Assembly: GCA_002747875.1 (NCBI GenBank)
Contig: PDQT01000216.1
Location: forward strand, 1 to 41,282
Reading direction: 5' to 3'
Length of the DNA stretch: 41,282 nt
DNA from: a bacterium DOLZORAL124_64_63
Lineage (GTDB): Bacteria > Krumholzibacteriota > Krumholzibacteriia > LZORAL124-64-63
Positions 1 to 9,759 of this stretch are shown here, one piece after another (position 1 is the first letter of the stretch; the number at the start of each line of letters is the position of its first letter). The notes beneath the pieces were generated by a model. It made no database searches and was not told the DNA's origin. It worked only from the letters and a program-made list of their open reading frames with translations. Position numbers and translations under genes: made by a program.

Positions 1-1116
1 GCCGCGCAGGCGCGCCACCGCGCGCAGGGCCGTGACCAGGCCCGAGGCCATGCTCTCCACATATCCTTCCACGCCGGTGATCTGCCCGGCAAGGAAAACA
101 TCCGGCCTTGCCGGCAGACTGAAATCCGCGGCCAGGCAGCGCGGCGTATCCAGGTAGAAGTTGCGGTGCATCTGGCCGTAACGCACGAACTCGGCCTTGG
201 CCAGGCCCGGGATCTGCCGGAAAACCCGTTTCTGTTCGCCGAACTTGAGTCGGGTCTGGAAGCCCACCAGGCCGTACAGGGTACCTTCCAGATTTTCCTG
301 CCGCAACTGGATGACGGCATGAGGGCGCCGGCCCGTCCGCGGATCTTTCAATCCCACCGGCCGCAGGGGGCCGAAGGCCAGGCTCTGCGGTCCGCTGGCG
401 GCAATCTCCTCGATGGGCTGGCAGCCGTCGAAAAGATCGGCCCGGTCGAAGTCGTGCACGGCGGCCCTCTCGGCGGCCAGCAGCTCCCGGTGCAGGCTCT
501 CGTACTGCTCCTGGTCCAGGGGGGCGTTCCAGTAGTCGCTGTCTCCCTTGTCGTAGCGGGCGGCCCGGAACAGGATCTCGGTGTCCAGGCTGTCGGCGGT
601 GACGGTGGGGGCGATGGCATCGAAGAAATGCAGGGCCGGTTGTCCCGTCAGGGTGCCGATCTCCCGGATCAGATCCGGGCTGCTCAGGGGCCCGCCGGCC
701 ACCAGCCAGAGATGGTCCGGGCGCGCGGGCAGTTCCCGCACCTGCCCCGTTTCCAGGCGGATGAGGGGCTCGGCTTCCAGAGCCTCGCGCACCAGCCGGC
801 TGAAGGCGGCCTTGTCCACGGCCAGGGCGGCCCCGGCGGGCACCGCGGCGGCGCGGGCCAGCTGCAGAAGACGGCAACCCAGAAGCTCCATCTCCTGCTT
901 CAGGCAGCCGGAGGCGGTGGACAGCACGGTGCTTTTCAGGGAATTGCTGCAGACGATTTCGGCCGGATCTCCCGTCTGGTGGGCCGGGGTCGGAGTCTCG
1001 GGGCGCATCTCCACCAGTTGCACCGGCACACCGCGGCAGGCCAGTTGCAGGGCCGCCTCGCAGCCGGCCAGTCCGGCGCCCACCACGGTGACCGCCGGGC
1101 TCCAGGAAGGGCTCAA
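1..1116 (-). CDS. trmFO: Methylenetetrahydrofolate--tRNA-(uracil-5)-methyltransferase TrmFO/Gid, N-terminal ~370 aa; 3' end runs off the window
   Basis: Absent from the ORF track because it is open at the window edge. Hand translation of the minus strand from 1116 gives (TTG)SPSWSPAVTVVGAGLAGCEAALQLACRGVPVQLVEMRPETPTPAHQTGDPAEIVCSNSLKS... and stays open to position 1 (...FLAGQITGVEGYVESMASGLV). It has the FAD GxGxxG start and a TrmFO-like block. The TTG start overlaps the topA TGA (ATTGA), so the exact start is uncertain. Confidence 0.8.
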   Translation of the reverse strand, partial: MSPSWSPAVTVVGAGLAGCEAALQLACRGVPVQLVEMRPETPTPAHQTGDPAEIVCSNSLKSTVLSTASGCLKQEMELLGCRLLQLARAAAVPAGAALAVDKAAFSRLVREALEAEPLIRLETGQVRELPARPDHLWLVAGGPLSSPDLIREIGTLTGQPALHFFDAIAPTVTADSLDTEILFRAARYDKGDSDYWNAPLDQEQYESLHRELLAAERAAVHDFDRADLFDGCQPIEEIAASGPQSLAFGPLRPVGLKDPRTGRRPHAVIQLRQENLEGTLYGLVGFQTRLKFGEQKRVFRQIPGLAKAEFVRYGQMHRNFYLDTPRCLAADFSLPARPDVFLAGQITGVEGYVESMASGLVTALRAVARLRG

Positions 1117-3848
1117 TCCGCACCGCCTTCTTCGGCCGTGCCGGTGGCTTTCTTGGTGACGGCTTTCTTGGTGGTCTTCTTCTTGGTCACCTTTTTCTTC
1201 ACGACCTTCTTTTTGGTGACCTTCTTCTTGGTGGTCTTTTTCTTGGCGACCTTTTTCTTGCCCTTGCCCTTGCGTTTGGCCGCTTCCGCCAGCAAGGCCA
1301 GGGCATCCTCCAGGGTCACATCCTCGGGATCCCGCTCCTTACCGATGGTGGCGTTGACCTTGTTGTGCGTCACGTAGGGCCCGAACCGTCCCTTGAGGAC
1401 CTGCAACGGTTCCCCGCTCTCGGGGTGCGTCCCCAGCTCTTTCAGCACGGTCTTCTTGTTCTTGTTGCGGATCTTCTCCAGAGCCTCGTCCAGGCCGATG
1501 GTGAACAGCGTGTCCACCGAATCGACACTCACGAAGACCCGGGCTCGCTCCACATAGGGTCCGAAACGTCCCAACCCCGCCCGCACCGGCTTGCCCGTCT
1601 CCGGGTCCGTACCGATTTCGCGGGGCAGGCTCAGCAGCCGCAACGCGTAATCCAGGTCGATGTGGCTCTGGTCCGTGCCCTTGCCCAGGCTGATGCGCTT
1701 GGGCTTCTTGTCCCCCTCGGGCTCACCCAGCTGCAGATAGGGTCCGAAGGGACCGGTCAGGGAGTAGATGTTCTGCCCCGTCTCCGGATGCCGGCCGATG
1801 GGCTCGCGGCTCTTGTCCCGCGCCTTGATCAGCTCCAGAGCCTTGTCCGGCGTCAGCTCGTCGATGAGCAGATCCACCGGCAGGGTGGCGCTGCGGTCCT
1901 CGTCCCCCTCCACCTGCACGTAGGCGTAGTTGCGCCCGATGCGCAGCACGATGGGGTGGCCGGTCTTGGGGTCATCGCCCACCTTGATGCGGGGGAAGTC
2001 GATCTTCGGCAGTTCCTCGGCGATGGCCTTTTCCAGGCCCCGGGCGTTGTCCTCGCTGCCGTGATAAAAACGGTCCAGAAATTCCGTCCAGTCGAACTTG
2101 CCTTCGGCGATGAGGTCCAGTTCCGTCTCCATCAAGGCCGTGAAACCCAGGTCCACGTAGGTCTTGAAGTGCTGCCGCAGCAGGTGCGTCACCGCGATGC
2201 CGATGTAGGTGGGCAGCAGCGCCCCGCCCTTCTTGGCCACGTAATCCCGGGTCTGGATGGTGCTGATGACGGTGGCGTAGGTGCTGGGCCGGCCGATGCC
2301 CTCCTCCTCCAGCTTCTTGATGAGGCTGGCCTCGGTGTAGCGAGCGGGCGGCTGGGTCGTGTGCTGCAAGGGCTCCACGCTCTGGATGCTCACCGCCGGG
2401 GAATCGGCGGCTGCTTCACCGGCCTGGGAACCACCGATCTTCATGCCTTCGTGCAGGTCCGGCAAGAGGGTGTCCCGGCCCCGGTCTCCGTAAACACGCA
2501 AGAAGCCGGGAAAGCGCACGATGGAGCCATTGGCCCGGAACACCGCCTGACGGCCCTCCGCCGTCGTGCTCAGATCCACGGCGGTCTTGTCCAGCTTGGC
2601 GTTGGCCATCTGCGAGGCCACGGTGCGGTTCCAGATGAGACTGTAGACGGCCAGTTCTTCGCTATCCAAGTAGGGACGCATCTCCTCCGGGGTCCGGGAT
2701 AGGACGGTGGGCCGGATGGCCTCGTGGGCCTCCTGGGCGCCCTTGCTCTTGGTCTTGTAGCGGCGCGGGCCTTCCGTGTATTCGGGGCCGAACTGGGCGC
2801 GAATCAGGTCCTCGGCCTCGGCCAGGGCCTTCTCGCTGAGGGTCAGGCTGTCGGTACGCATGTAGGTGATCAGACCATCGCGCCGGCCGCCGCCCAGGGC
2901 GATACCCTCATAAAGGCGCTGGGCCACCCGCATGACCCGCTGGGGGGGCATGCGCAGCCGCCCGCTGGCGGCCTGTTGCAGGGTGGATGTGGTGAAGGGG
3001 GGCGCGGGCCGCTGGATGCTTTCCTTGCGGGTGACGCCGGTGACGGTCCAGGGCACCGCGTCGCGGGCCCCGGCGGCCAGGGCCTTGGCCTCCGCTTCCC
3101 GCAGGTGGACCCGCTTGGCGGGATCCTTGAGCATCCCCGTGTCGGGATCGAAATCTTTGCTGCCGGCCAGTTTGGTGTCATCCAGGTTGGTCAGGCGGGC
3201 GGTGAAAGGCAGATCGGCGGCCTGCAGGGTGGCTTCCACGGCGAAATACTCGGCCACGTGGAAGGCCTGCCGCTCCTCTTCCTTCTCCACCACCAGGCGC
3301 ACGGCCACGCTCTGCACCCGGCCGGCGGACAGCTTGGTCCGCACCTTCTTCCACAGCACCGGCGACAGGCTGTAGCCGAAGAGGCGGTCCAGGATGCGGC
3401 GTCCCTCCTGGGCCCGCACCAGCTGCATGTCCACTTCGCGCGGGTTGGCCAGGGCCTCTTCGATGGCGCCCCGAGTGATCTCGTGGAAGGTGATGCGACG
3501 CACCGGCACCTTGGGCTTGAGCACCTCCAGCAGATGCCAACTGATGGCCTCTCCCTCGCGGTCCTCATCCGTCGCCAGCAGGATCTCGTCCGCGTTCTTC
3601 AGGAGCTTCTTCAGCTCCGCCACCTGCTTCTTGCTGTCCTTCGAGACCACATAGATAGGTTCGTAATTCGCCTCGGGATTGACGCCCAGCCGGGCCCAGC
3701 TCTCCTTCTTGTATTTGGCGGGAATCTCGCTGGCGCTGCCGGGCAGGTCGCGGATATGGCCATAACTGGAAGAGACTGTGTACTCATTCCCCAGAAAGCG
3801 GGAAATGGTGCGGGCCTTGGCGGGGGACTCGACGATAATGAGTTTCAA
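1113..3848 (-). CDS. topA: DNA topoisomerase I (type IA), cysteine-free C-terminal repeat domains plus a lysine-rich tail
   Basis: 911-aa ORF with a TOPRIM N-terminus (KLIIVESPAKARTISRFLG...DEDREGEAISWH) and the active-site region ITYMRTDS. There are three GxFGPY C-terminal repeats. TTG start is preceded by AAGGAA. Confidence 0.97.
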   Translation of the reverse strand: MKLIIVESPAKARTISRFLGNEYTVSSSYGHIRDLPGSASEIPAKYKKESWARLGVNPEANYEPIYVVSKDSKKQVAELKKLLKNADEILLATDEDREGEAISWHLLEVLKPKVPVRRITFHEITRGAIEEALANPREVDMQLVRAQEGRRILDRLFGYSLSPVLWKKVRTKLSAGRVQSVAVRLVVEKEEERQAFHVAEYFAVEATLQAADLPFTARLTNLDDTKLAGSKDFDPDTGMLKDPAKRVHLREAEAKALAAGARDAVPWTVTGVTRKESIQRPAPPFTTSTLQQAASGRLRMPPQRVMRVAQRLYEGIALGGGRRDGLITYMRTDSLTLSEKALAEAEDLIRAQFGPEYTEGPRRYKTKSKGAQEAHEAIRPTVLSRTPEEMRPYLDSEELAVYSLIWNRTVASQMANAKLDKTAVDLSTTAEGRQAVFRANGSIVRFPGFLRVYGDRGRDTLLPDLHEGMKIGGSQAGEAAADSPAVSIQSVEPLQHTTQPPARYTEASLIKKLEEEGIGRPSTYATVISTIQTRDYVAKKGGALLPTYIGIAVTHLLRQHFKTYVDLGFTALMETELDLIAEGKFDWTEFLDRFYHGSEDNARGLEKAIAEELPKIDFPRIKVGDDPKTGHPIVLRIGRNYAYVQVEGDEDRSATLPVDLLIDELTPDKALELIKARDKSREPIGRHPETGQNIYSLTGPFGPYLQLGEPEGDKKPKRISLGKGTDQSHIDLDYALRLLSLPREIGTDPETGKPVRAGLGRFGPYVERARVFVSVDSVDTLFTIGLDEALEKIRNKNKKTVLKELGTHPESGEPLQVLKGRFGPYVTHNKVNATIGKERDPEDVTLEDALALLAEAAKRKGKGKKKVAKKKTTKKKVTKKKVVKKKVTKKKTTKKAVTKKATGTAEEGGAD
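1149..1259 (-). repeat. 15-nt (pentapeptide KKKxx) tandem coding repeat, about 7 copies, forming the TopA C-terminal tail
   Basis: Minus-strand codons read AAG AAA AAG GTC GCC / AAG AAA AAG ACC ACC / AAG AAG AAG GTC ACC ..., giving KKKVAKKKTTKKKVTKKKVVKKKVTKKKTTKK. Confidence 0.85.
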
Positions 3849-3901
3849 GATGTTCCTTGCCTTTCAGGCATGCTGGGGCGGAGAAATGATCAAAGCCAAG
3901 C

Positions 3902-4390
3902 TCAATGAGGGCTTTCGAAGCCTTCGGAAGCGCCACCGGTCATGAGGGGACGTTGCGGTCGGAACAGGACCTGTTCGATGACGGTTTCCAGATCACGGCT
4001 GGTCAGCGGTTTCAGGGCGATGATGGCGGCATACTGCAGCATGGCTTCCATCTGGACCTTGGAAATCTGCCCGGCGTCCATCATGCGCACCAGATAACCC
4101 GCTCCTTCGTGCGTGATGTAGCGGCTGTCCTGCTCGCCGAAATAGCGGAAGGCCCACGCCGACGGGGCGTCGGGCATGGGGTCTTCATCCTGCGGGGGCA
4201 CATCTCGGTACAGACTCCAGTTGGACTCGATCCAGTCCAGGAGACCATGCACGTCTTCCTCGTCCAGCCCCGCGTCGGCGGCCTTTTCCTGGATACGCCG
4301 GCGGTTGGGCCGTTCTTCCTCACCGGTGGTCGACAGGGCCTCCAGCAGGATGATCAGCAGATGTTTCAGTCGGTCGCGTTGGGGATCCAT
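3902..4390 (-). CDS. smg: Smg/DUF494 family protein
   Basis: Blocks AADAGLDEEDVHGLLDWIE and GAGYLVRMMDAGQIS...LETVIEQVL resemble E. coli Smg (LTDAGFDREDIYNALLWLE...). ATG at 4390 is preferred over the track's GTG at 4396. Called from remembered similarity only. Confidence 0.7.
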   Translation of the reverse strand: MDPQRDRLKHLLIILLEALSTTGEEERPNRRRIQEKAADAGLDEEDVHGLLDWIESNWSLYRDVPPQDEDPMPDAPSAWAFRYFGEQDSRYITHEGAGYLVRMMDAGQISKVQMEAMLQYAAIIALKPLTSRDLETVIEQVLFRPQRPLMTGGASEGFESPH

Positions 4391-4467
4391 TCTCACCGGT
4401 TCCTGGTTCTGAGCCTGTTCTTATTCCGCCCCAATTCAAATACAGGGGGCGCACCTTGTCCAGTCCT

Positions 4468-7400
4468 TCATCGACCGCAACATTTTTTGTATTTTTCGCC
4501 GCTTCCGCAAGGGCAGGGGTCGTTCCGGCTCACTTTTTCCCCTTGCCGGCGCACGGGCTGGCTGGCCGCGGGATGCTCCGGCGGCGGTCCGTCGGGGGTC
4601 CCGCCCGTGGGATCCGAGGTCTTGGCCTGCTCATATGCGCTGGTTTCCTGGTGGCGGGTCTGCACGGACTGGACCTTCTGTTCCGGCTCCGGTGGCCGGC
4701 GCACGATCTCCGCCCGCATGAACAGACTGACGGCCTGCTGGCCAAGGTTGTCCATCATGCTTTCGAAGAGGGTGTAGGCCTCTTTCTTGTACTCGATCAG
4801 CGGGTCCCGCTGCCCGTAGGAGCGCAGCCCGATACCACTGCGCAGCAGGATCAGCTCGTTGAGATGGTCCCGCCACTTCTCGTCCAGGATCTGCAGCAGG
4901 ACGAACTTCTGCAGCTGGTTGGACACCTCGGTGCCCAGGCGTTCCAGCTTGGCCTGGAAGCGGGCCTTGGCGGGCTCCTCCAGGGCCTGGAAAACGGCAT
5001 CGCGCCCCATGTGCAGGTGCTCCTCCGGCTCCAGGGGCATGGGCAACAGGAAGGTGCTCTGGTACTGCAGGGCCAGCTTCTTCATGTCCCAGAAATCGGG
5101 CGCGTCGTCCTCGCTGGTGCATTCTTCGAACATGCTCTGCAGGGCCACGCTGAAGAATTCCTCGAAATCCTCGCTCAGATCCTCGCCCTGCACGGCGCTG
5201 CGCCGCAACCCGTAGATCACTTCGCGCTGCTTGTTGACCACGTCGTCGTACTGCAGCAGGTGCTTGCGGATCTCGTAGTTCTGGGTCTCCACGCGCACCT
5301 GGGCCTTCTCGATGGCCTTGGTCACCATGCTGTGGGTGATGACCTCGCCCTCCTCCACCCCCATCTTGTCCATGACCTTGATGATGCGTTCGGGGCTGAA
5401 CAGGCGCAACAGGTCGTCTTCCAGGCTGAGGAAGAAGATGGCCGCGCCGGGATCGCCCTGGCGACCGGAACGGCCCCGCAGCTGGCGGTCGATGCGCCGG
5501 CTCTCGTGCCGCTCGGTGCCGATGATCATCAGACCCGTGTCCTGGCCTTCGTAGAGGGCCGGGTCCAGGCTGGCATCCTCGGCCCATTTTCGCGGCAATT
5601 CAAGCACTTCCGGCGCCAGCTTGATGTCCGTCCCCCGGCCGGCCATGTTCGTGGCGATGGTCACGGCCCCCAGGCGGCCCGCCTCGGCCACAATTTCCGC
5701 CTCGGCCTTGTGCTGCTTGGCGTTCAGCACGTTATGGTTGATGCCGCGCAGCTTCATCAGCCGGCTCAGCAGCTCCGAGACCTCCACCGTGGTGGTGCCC
5801 ACCAGCACCGGCAGGCCCAGCTTGTGTAGACGGTCCACCTCGTCCACGATGGCCTTGTACTTCTCTTTCTTGGTCTTGTAGATCACATCGTCCATGTCCT
5901 GGCGGGCGATGGGCCGATGGGTGGGGATGACCACCACGTCCAACTCGTAGATGCCGCCGAATTCGGCCTCTTCGGTTTCGGCGGTGCCGGTCATGCCGGA
6001 GAGCTTGTCGTACATGCGGAAGAAGTTCTGCACCGTGACGGTGGCCAGGGTCTGGGTCTCCTTCTGGACCGTCAGCCCTTCCTTGGCTTCCAGGGCCTGG
6101 TGCAGACCTTCGCTGAAGCGGCGCCCCGGCTGCAAGCGGCCCGTGAAGGTGTCCACGATGACCACCTTGCCCTCCTGCACCACGTACTCCACATCCTTGC
6201 TGTAGAGACTGTGGGCGCGCAGCAGCTGGTCCACGTTGCTGATGCGCTCGTTCTTCTGGGCGTACTCCTGCTCCACCTCAGCCAGGGCCTTGGCCTTCTC
6301 CTCGGCGCTCATCTCTTCGTCGTCCTGGATCTCGCCGGCGCGTTCGGCCAGGTCCGGCAGCACGAAGAATTCGGGATCCTGCCGGGCCATCACCGCGTGG
6401 CCCTTTTCCGTCAGGTCCACCTGATGGTTCTTCTCCTCTACCGTGTACAGCAGCTCCTTGTCGGCCTCCCACATGGCCTTGTCCCGCATGAAAGCCTCCT
6501 CCGTGCGCTGGATCTTCTCCAGCACGCCGGGAATCTGGCACAGCTTGCGGAAGCGCTTGTTCTTGGGGGCGCCGCGGCTGATCTGCAGCAACAGCAGGGC
6601 TGTTTTATCATCGATGACCGGATCTTCGCCCTGGGACGCGGCGCGCAGCTTGCTCTCCGCCGCGCTGACCCAGTCGTTCACGATCCGGGTCTGCCGGCGC
6701 ACCACATCGGTCACCATGGGCGCCAGCTCGTTGAACTGCTGGGTGCTCTTGTCCACCGCGCCGCTGATGATCAGGGGCGTGCGGGCCTCATCGATCAGCA
6801 CCGAGTCCACCTCATCGACGATGGCGTAATGGAAGTCCGAGTGCACCAGATGCTCGGGATGCAGCACCATGTTGTCCCGCAGGTAGTCGAAACCGAACTC
6901 GTTGTTGGTGCCATAGGTCACGTCGCAGGCGTAGGCTTCGCGTCGCTCTTCCGGGCTCATGTGCCCCAGGATGTAGCCCACGCTGCAGCCCAGGAACTCC
7001 AGCACGCCACCCATCCATTCGGCGTCGCGGCGGGCCAGATAGTCGTTCACCGTCACCAGGTGGGCGCCCTTGCCGGGGATGCTGTTCAGGTACAGGGGCA
7101 TGAGGGCCACCAGGGTCTTGCCTTCGCCCGTGGCCATCTCGGCGATCTTGCCCTGGTGCAGGACGATGCCGCCGATGATCTGCACATCGTAGGGGATCAT
7201 CTCCCAGACCTGCTCCTGGCCCCAGACCACCCAGCTGGCCTTGCGCTCGGTCAGCCGGCGGCAGCCCTCCCAGACCACGCCGAAGGCCTCGGGCAGCAGG
7301 TCGTCCAGGCTCTCGCCGTCGGCATGGCGCTGCTTGAACTCCTCCCGCTTGGCGCGCAACTGGTCGTCGCTCAGGTCGGCAAAGGAATCCCGGACGGTCT

Positions 7401-7491
7401 TCACCTGTTCCAGGATGGGCTGCAATTTGGCCAGATCCCGGTTCTTCTTACCGAAAAATTTCTCGATGATACCCAGCAGGCCCTTGGCCAT
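4468..7491 (-). CDS. secA: Preprotein translocase ATPase SecA
   Basis: 1007 aa. Contains MATGEGKTLVA (Walker A), the DEVDSVLIDEARTPLIISG DEAD block and a C-terminal zinc motif CPCGSGEKYKKCCG. AAGGAG RBS before the ATG. Confidence 0.98.
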   Translation of the reverse strand: MAKGLLGIIEKFFGKKNRDLAKLQPILEQVKTVRDSFADLSDDQLRAKREEFKQRHADGESLDDLLPEAFGVVWEGCRRLTERKASWVVWGQEQVWEMIPYDVQIIGGIVLHQGKIAEMATGEGKTLVALMPLYLNSIPGKGAHLVTVNDYLARRDAEWMGGVLEFLGCSVGYILGHMSPEERREAYACDVTYGTNNEFGFDYLRDNMVLHPEHLVHSDFHYAIVDEVDSVLIDEARTPLIISGAVDKSTQQFNELAPMVTDVVRRQTRIVNDWVSAAESKLRAASQGEDPVIDDKTALLLLQISRGAPKNKRFRKLCQIPGVLEKIQRTEEAFMRDKAMWEADKELLYTVEEKNHQVDLTEKGHAVMARQDPEFFVLPDLAERAGEIQDDEEMSAEEKAKALAEVEQEYAQKNERISNVDQLLRAHSLYSKDVEYVVQEGKVVIVDTFTGRLQPGRRFSEGLHQALEAKEGLTVQKETQTLATVTVQNFFRMYDKLSGMTGTAETEEAEFGGIYELDVVVIPTHRPIARQDMDDVIYKTKKEKYKAIVDEVDRLHKLGLPVLVGTTTVEVSELLSRLMKLRGINHNVLNAKQHKAEAEIVAEAGRLGAVTIATNMAGRGTDIKLAPEVLELPRKWAEDASLDPALYEGQDTGLMIIGTERHESRRIDRQLRGRSGRQGDPGAAIFFLSLEDDLLRLFSPERIIKVMDKMGVEEGEVITHSMVTKAIEKAQVRVETQNYEIRKHLLQYDDVVNKQREVIYGLRRSAVQGEDLSEDFEEFFSVALQSMFEECTSEDDAPDFWDMKKLALQYQSTFLLPMPLEPEEHLHMGRDAVFQALEEPAKARFQAKLERLGTEVSNQLQKFVLLQILDEKWRDHLNELILLRSGIGLRSYGQRDPLIEYKKEAYTLFESMMDNLGQQAVSLFMRAEIVRRPPEPEQKVQSVQTRHQETSAYEQAKTSDPTGGTPDGPPPEHPAASQPVRRQGEKVSRNDPCPCGSGEKYKKCCGR

Positions 7492-7533
7492 GGGAACACT
7501 CCTTATGTGTTGCCGCCGGAAAAGGCGGCAGGG

Positions 7534-9759
7534 CTATTGGCCGCGGCCGGCGCGGATGATCCAGTCATAGATCTCGCGGTCGCGCAGAACTTTTTCCACA
7601 TAGTGCCGGGTTTCGGGATACCCGATCCAGGCCATGAAGACAGGGTTGTCGGTGGGGCCGCCCAGCTGCTTCTGCCAGCGGGCGACGGCACCGGGCCCGG
7701 CGTTGTAGGCGGCCAGGCTGAGATAGGCGTTGCCGTCGTACCGGCGGCGATTTTCCGTGAGCAGGGCATCCCCTCGGGCAATGGAAACGGCGGCGTTGCT
7801 CCAGTTTTCGGCCCCGGGTCGCGCGCCTTTGCCGGGAAAATGGAAGGGCATGATCTGCATGAAGCCCAGGGCCCCGGCCCGCGAACGGACGGCCCCCTCG
7901 AAAAGGGATTCGTTGCGGGCGACGGCCAGGATCAGGGCGGGATCGTTGTCGGCCCCGTCCAGGGCTTGGCGCACGGCACCCCGGCGCGGCAAGGGGTAAA
8001 GGAAACAGAGCTTTTCGTCCGTTGTCAAACCTTCCGCGGGCAGCGGGGTGGCGGCGCCGACGATGGCGCGCAGGTCATCGGCCAGCAGGGCCACCCCCAG
8101 CAGGCCGTGCAGAACCAGGGCCTTGTCCCGGTTGGCGCGGGCCAGCTCCGCCAGGGGCGTGTTCCCCGTCAGGGCTTGGCCGGCGGTCTGGTGATGGATG
8201 TCCTTGTTCAGGGTCCAGCGCAGGATGGTTTCCGCGGGCAGGGGCCCGTCCAGCAAAGAGGCCACCGCCTCGATGGCCAGGGCTTCCTGCCCGGCGGGGT
8301 CCGGGGCGTCATGGCAGCGGCGGAGGGCCGCCACGTAGGCCGGGTGGTCCTCCGCGGACAACAGGGCCATCCCCCAGCGGGCCCAGAGAGTCCACAGGGG
8401 GTGGTCGGCGGCGGCGGCGAAGGCGGCCTTTCTTTCCGGGGAGGCCGCCACCAGGTCCGCGGACGACCCGCGCAGGGCCACCTCCCGCGCCCTGGGGATG
8501 CGCTCGGTGAGAGGTGCGGGGGTGCGGGTGGAGTCGGGGAACCAGTGCTCTGTGGCGGCGGCGAAGGTGGCCTTCTCCTGGCCGGGGAAGGCCTCCAGGG
8601 CCCAGGTGTGGATCTGCCGGGCCGTGTCCTCCTTGTCCTTGGCCAGGGCCAGGACCAGGGCCTGCTCGCACCATTGCCGCAGCCGGCGCCGCAACCCCTT
8701 GCTGCCGCTGCCCTCTTGAGCCAGATCCAGGGCTTGCCGCAGATCCTGCAACCCGGGCTCCCAGCGCCCGGCGATGAGATGGATCTCCGACGCGCGCCGC
8801 CACACATCCAGACGCCAGCCGGCGTTTAAGGCGGGGTTGGCGGCCAGCTGCTCGTAATGGGCGGTCACCCCGCGGCGGGACATGCGTTGCCCGTAAACCC
8901 ACCAGCCCTGCATCTGGTTGCCGTCCGGCGGGTTGGGATAATGTCCCAGGTGTCGGGTCAGCTCTTGGTCCCGAAGCAGCCTGGCCCCCAGGGCGGCCTT
9001 GACGTCTTCGGGGAAGGCGCTCTGGCGCAGATCCTTTTCCCGCAACCCGCTGTGGCGTAGGCCGGCCAGGTCCACCGCTTCGGCGCGGGTATTCAGAACC
9101 GACGGCAGCAACGGGCTGCCGAAGGCGGCGCAATGGGCCCGCCATAGAGTCCAGGCGGTGCTGGTGTCGAAAGTGCCTAGGGGGAGGATGCTGTTCCAGA
9201 ATCCATCGGCCCCCTCCTTTTCCAGCAGGGTGTCCAGCAACCGGCGGCGCAACTCCCAGATGAAACCCTCCCGGACGGGCAGCCCCAGGGGGGCGTGCTC
9301 TTTTTCCAGACGTGCGGCCAGCCTGCGGGCCTCCTGCGGCTTGTCCTGATCCAGGGCCCGGAAGAAACCCATGCGCAACCGGTCCGCCAGCAGATACCGC
9401 CCACTGGTGTCCAGGCTGTCCTGCCAGGCCAGCATCTGGTCGTGCCGCAAAGCATGCCAGGAGCGCCAGGAATTTTCCTGGAAAGCGGCCGGCAAGGCGG
9501 CCAGCAGGCGTAGCGTCAGGTGGGGGCTGTCGGCGGCCGCCTCCTGGTGCAGGATGTCCAGGCCGGTCTTCAGCCACAGGGTGTCCACGACCGCGGGCTG
9601 CAGCAGACCGGCGGGAAAACCATGGATCAGTTCCACATCCGCCACCTTGTCGAAGGCGCCCACCTGGAAGTCCTGGACAAAGGGATCGTGCACGGGACCG
9701 GCCAGGGCCGGGCCGGTCAGGAAAGAAAGAATCAGGATCAGAGGCAGAAGAGTTTTCAC
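7534..9759 (-). CDS. slt: Soluble lytic murein transglycosylase (Slt70-like), secreted
   Basis: Signal peptide MKTLLPLILILSFLTGPALAG. C-terminal SLT domain motifs ARNESLF...GALGFMQIMP...AAYNAGPGAV. GTG start overlaps the upstream stop (GTGA). Confidence 0.85.
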   Translation of the reverse strand: MKTLLPLILILSFLTGPALAGPVHDPFVQDFQVGAFDKVADVELIHGFPAGLLQPAVVDTLWLKTGLDILHQEAAADSPHLTLRLLAALPAAFQENSWRSWHALRHDQMLAWQDSLDTSGRYLLADRLRMGFFRALDQDKPQEARRLAARLEKEHAPLGLPVREGFIWELRRRLLDTLLEKEGADGFWNSILPLGTFDTSTAWTLWRAHCAAFGSPLLPSVLNTRAEAVDLAGLRHSGLREKDLRQSAFPEDVKAALGARLLRDQELTRHLGHYPNPPDGNQMQGWWVYGQRMSRRGVTAHYEQLAANPALNAGWRLDVWRRASEIHLIAGRWEPGLQDLRQALDLAQEGSGSKGLRRRLRQWCEQALVLALAKDKEDTARQIHTWALEAFPGQEKATFAAATEHWFPDSTRTPAPLTERIPRAREVALRGSSADLVAASPERKAAFAAAADHPLWTLWARWGMALLSAEDHPAYVAALRRCHDAPDPAGQEALAIEAVASLLDGPLPAETILRWTLNKDIHHQTAGQALTGNTPLAELARANRDKALVLHGLLGVALLADDLRAIVGAATPLPAEGLTTDEKLCFLYPLPRRGAVRQALDGADNDPALILAVARNESLFEGAVRSRAGALGFMQIMPFHFPGKGARPGAENWSNAAVSIARGDALLTENRRRYDGNAYLSLAAYNAGPGAVARWQKQLGGPTDNPVFMAWIGYPETRHYVEKVLRDREIYDWIIRAGRGQ

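Noticed and set aside
4397-4467. Possible intrinsic terminator after secA (CGCCCC-N13-GGGGCG).
   Set aside because: The stem is only 6 bp with a large loop and no U tract. smg follows closely on the same strand, so read-through is more likely.
5917-8829. 970-aa plus-strand ORF, with similar very long plus-strand ORFs at 9312..11732, 12692..14128, 29316..32585, 33553..35061 and 38955..40613.
   Set aside because: All are antisense to genes with unmistakable homology (secA, slt, protease, purH, flhA/flhB, fliP/fliO, flgE). Their translations are Gly/Arg/Ala/Pro-rich low-complexity sequence, typical of stop-poor antisense frames in high-G+C DNA.
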